A stretch of DNA of 23,602 nucleotides, from positions 1 to 23,602 of the forward strand of contig JAVYME010000019.1 of NCBI GenBank assembly GCA_038736825.1. Reading direction: 5' to 3'. The notes under the pieces are model-generated. The model did no database searches and had not been told where the DNA came from. It saw nothing but the letters and a program-made list of their open reading frames with translations. Shown one piece after another: positions 23,224 to 23,602 of the stretch. Source of the DNA: Candidatus Iainarchaeum sp. Its GTDB lineage: Archaea > Iainarchaeota > Iainarchaeia > Iainarchaeales > DTGL01. Both the position numbers and the translations under genes were made by a program. The number at the start of each line of letters is the position of its first letter. Position 1 is the first letter of the stretch.

Positions 23224-23602
23224 CACACCGGCGGACATGTTGCCATGTCGGCAAGTATTCCTGAACAGTCTGTTGGAGTGTCAGTGCAACGGCTTTTAAA
23301 ACCTCTTTCTTTTTGGATAAGGCAGGCAATCCTGCCGGTTTTTTCCTTGCAGTCATCGCGGTTGGCTGAAGTGCAGGGCACAAGGAAGACATTGTTGAAA
23401 CCGCTTGCTGTTTCTTTCAACACTACCACTGTATCTATTGGAATTGGGCCCAAGCCAAAGCCCAAAACCAGTGAATCTGACTCGCAGAGTTTTCCGTCCT
23501 CGTCAAGTGAAAAAATGCGAAAAGAGGCTTTTTGCTCTCTGCGCTGGCTTGCAGTTATTTTTGGAGCTCTTCCCCTGTTCACTGCAGACTTGTACTCGTC
23601 AC
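23223..23602 (-). CDS. 3' part of a Cys-containing hypothetical protein (5' end outside window)
   Basis: The reading frame stays open from the listed GTG (23582) to the window edge (...DEYKSAVNRGRAPK...), so the gene probably starts beyond 23602. The visible part has 6 Cys. It is translationally coupled to the next gene. Confidence 0.5.
   Translation of the reverse strand, partial: DEYKSAVNRGRAPKITASQRREQKASFRIFSLDEDGKLCESDSLVLGFGLGPIPIDTVVVLKETASGFNNVFLVPCTSANRDDCKEKTGRIACLIQKERGFKSRCTDTPTDCSGILADMATCPPV

Noticed and set aside
1-23602. A scan for tRNA/rRNA genes, CRISPR arrays, and transposase, integrase or toxin-antitoxin-like mobile or defence modules.
   Set aside because: The intergenic gaps are short, none longer than about 216 nt, and AT-rich, with no cloverleaf-like GC stems. 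There are no regularly spaced direct repeats. No ORF shows DDE, tyrosine-recombinase, nuclease or ATPase (P-loop) motifs that I could see by eye. This was a manual scan, so small ncRNAs cannot be excluded.

Overview
This 23.6-kb window looks archaeal. It carries an archaeal-type riboflavin synthase, a CTP-dependent riboflavin kinase, a PAC2/Pba-type proteasome chaperone and a two-subunit transketolase. It is moderately AT-rich by eye. A small-genome, DPANN-like lineage is my guess only; no database search was possible.

Three kinds of content alternate along the window.

(1) Housekeeping operons I can name with confidence:
- Non-oxidative pentose-phosphate operon tal-tktN-tktC-rpe (1521-4628, + strand).
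- Terminal riboflavin/FMN genes ribK-ribC-ribH (13052-14365, - strand).
- A PAC2 protein ending in an HbYX motif.

(2) A dense set of secreted or membrane-anchored envelope proteins with Pro/Thr linkers (522-1376 and 4845-12268). One of them is a type I surface protein whose cytoplasmic tail ends in a textbook C2H2 zinc finger.

(3) Lineage-specific unknowns:
- A pair of very basic proteins that share an N-terminal motif (14496-15763).
- A 1545-aa signal-peptide and C-terminal-anchor giant protein, co-oriented with a 5-TM partner (15775-20970).
- A hyper-charged Glu/Lys protein.
- A tightly overlapping operon of type IV pilin-like (class III signal peptide-like) proteins that runs off the 3' edge.

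I found no rRNA, tRNA, CRISPR array, transposase or integrase. Start codons were refined by eye from SD-like motifs and family lengths. All homology statements come from remembered family motifs, not from searches.
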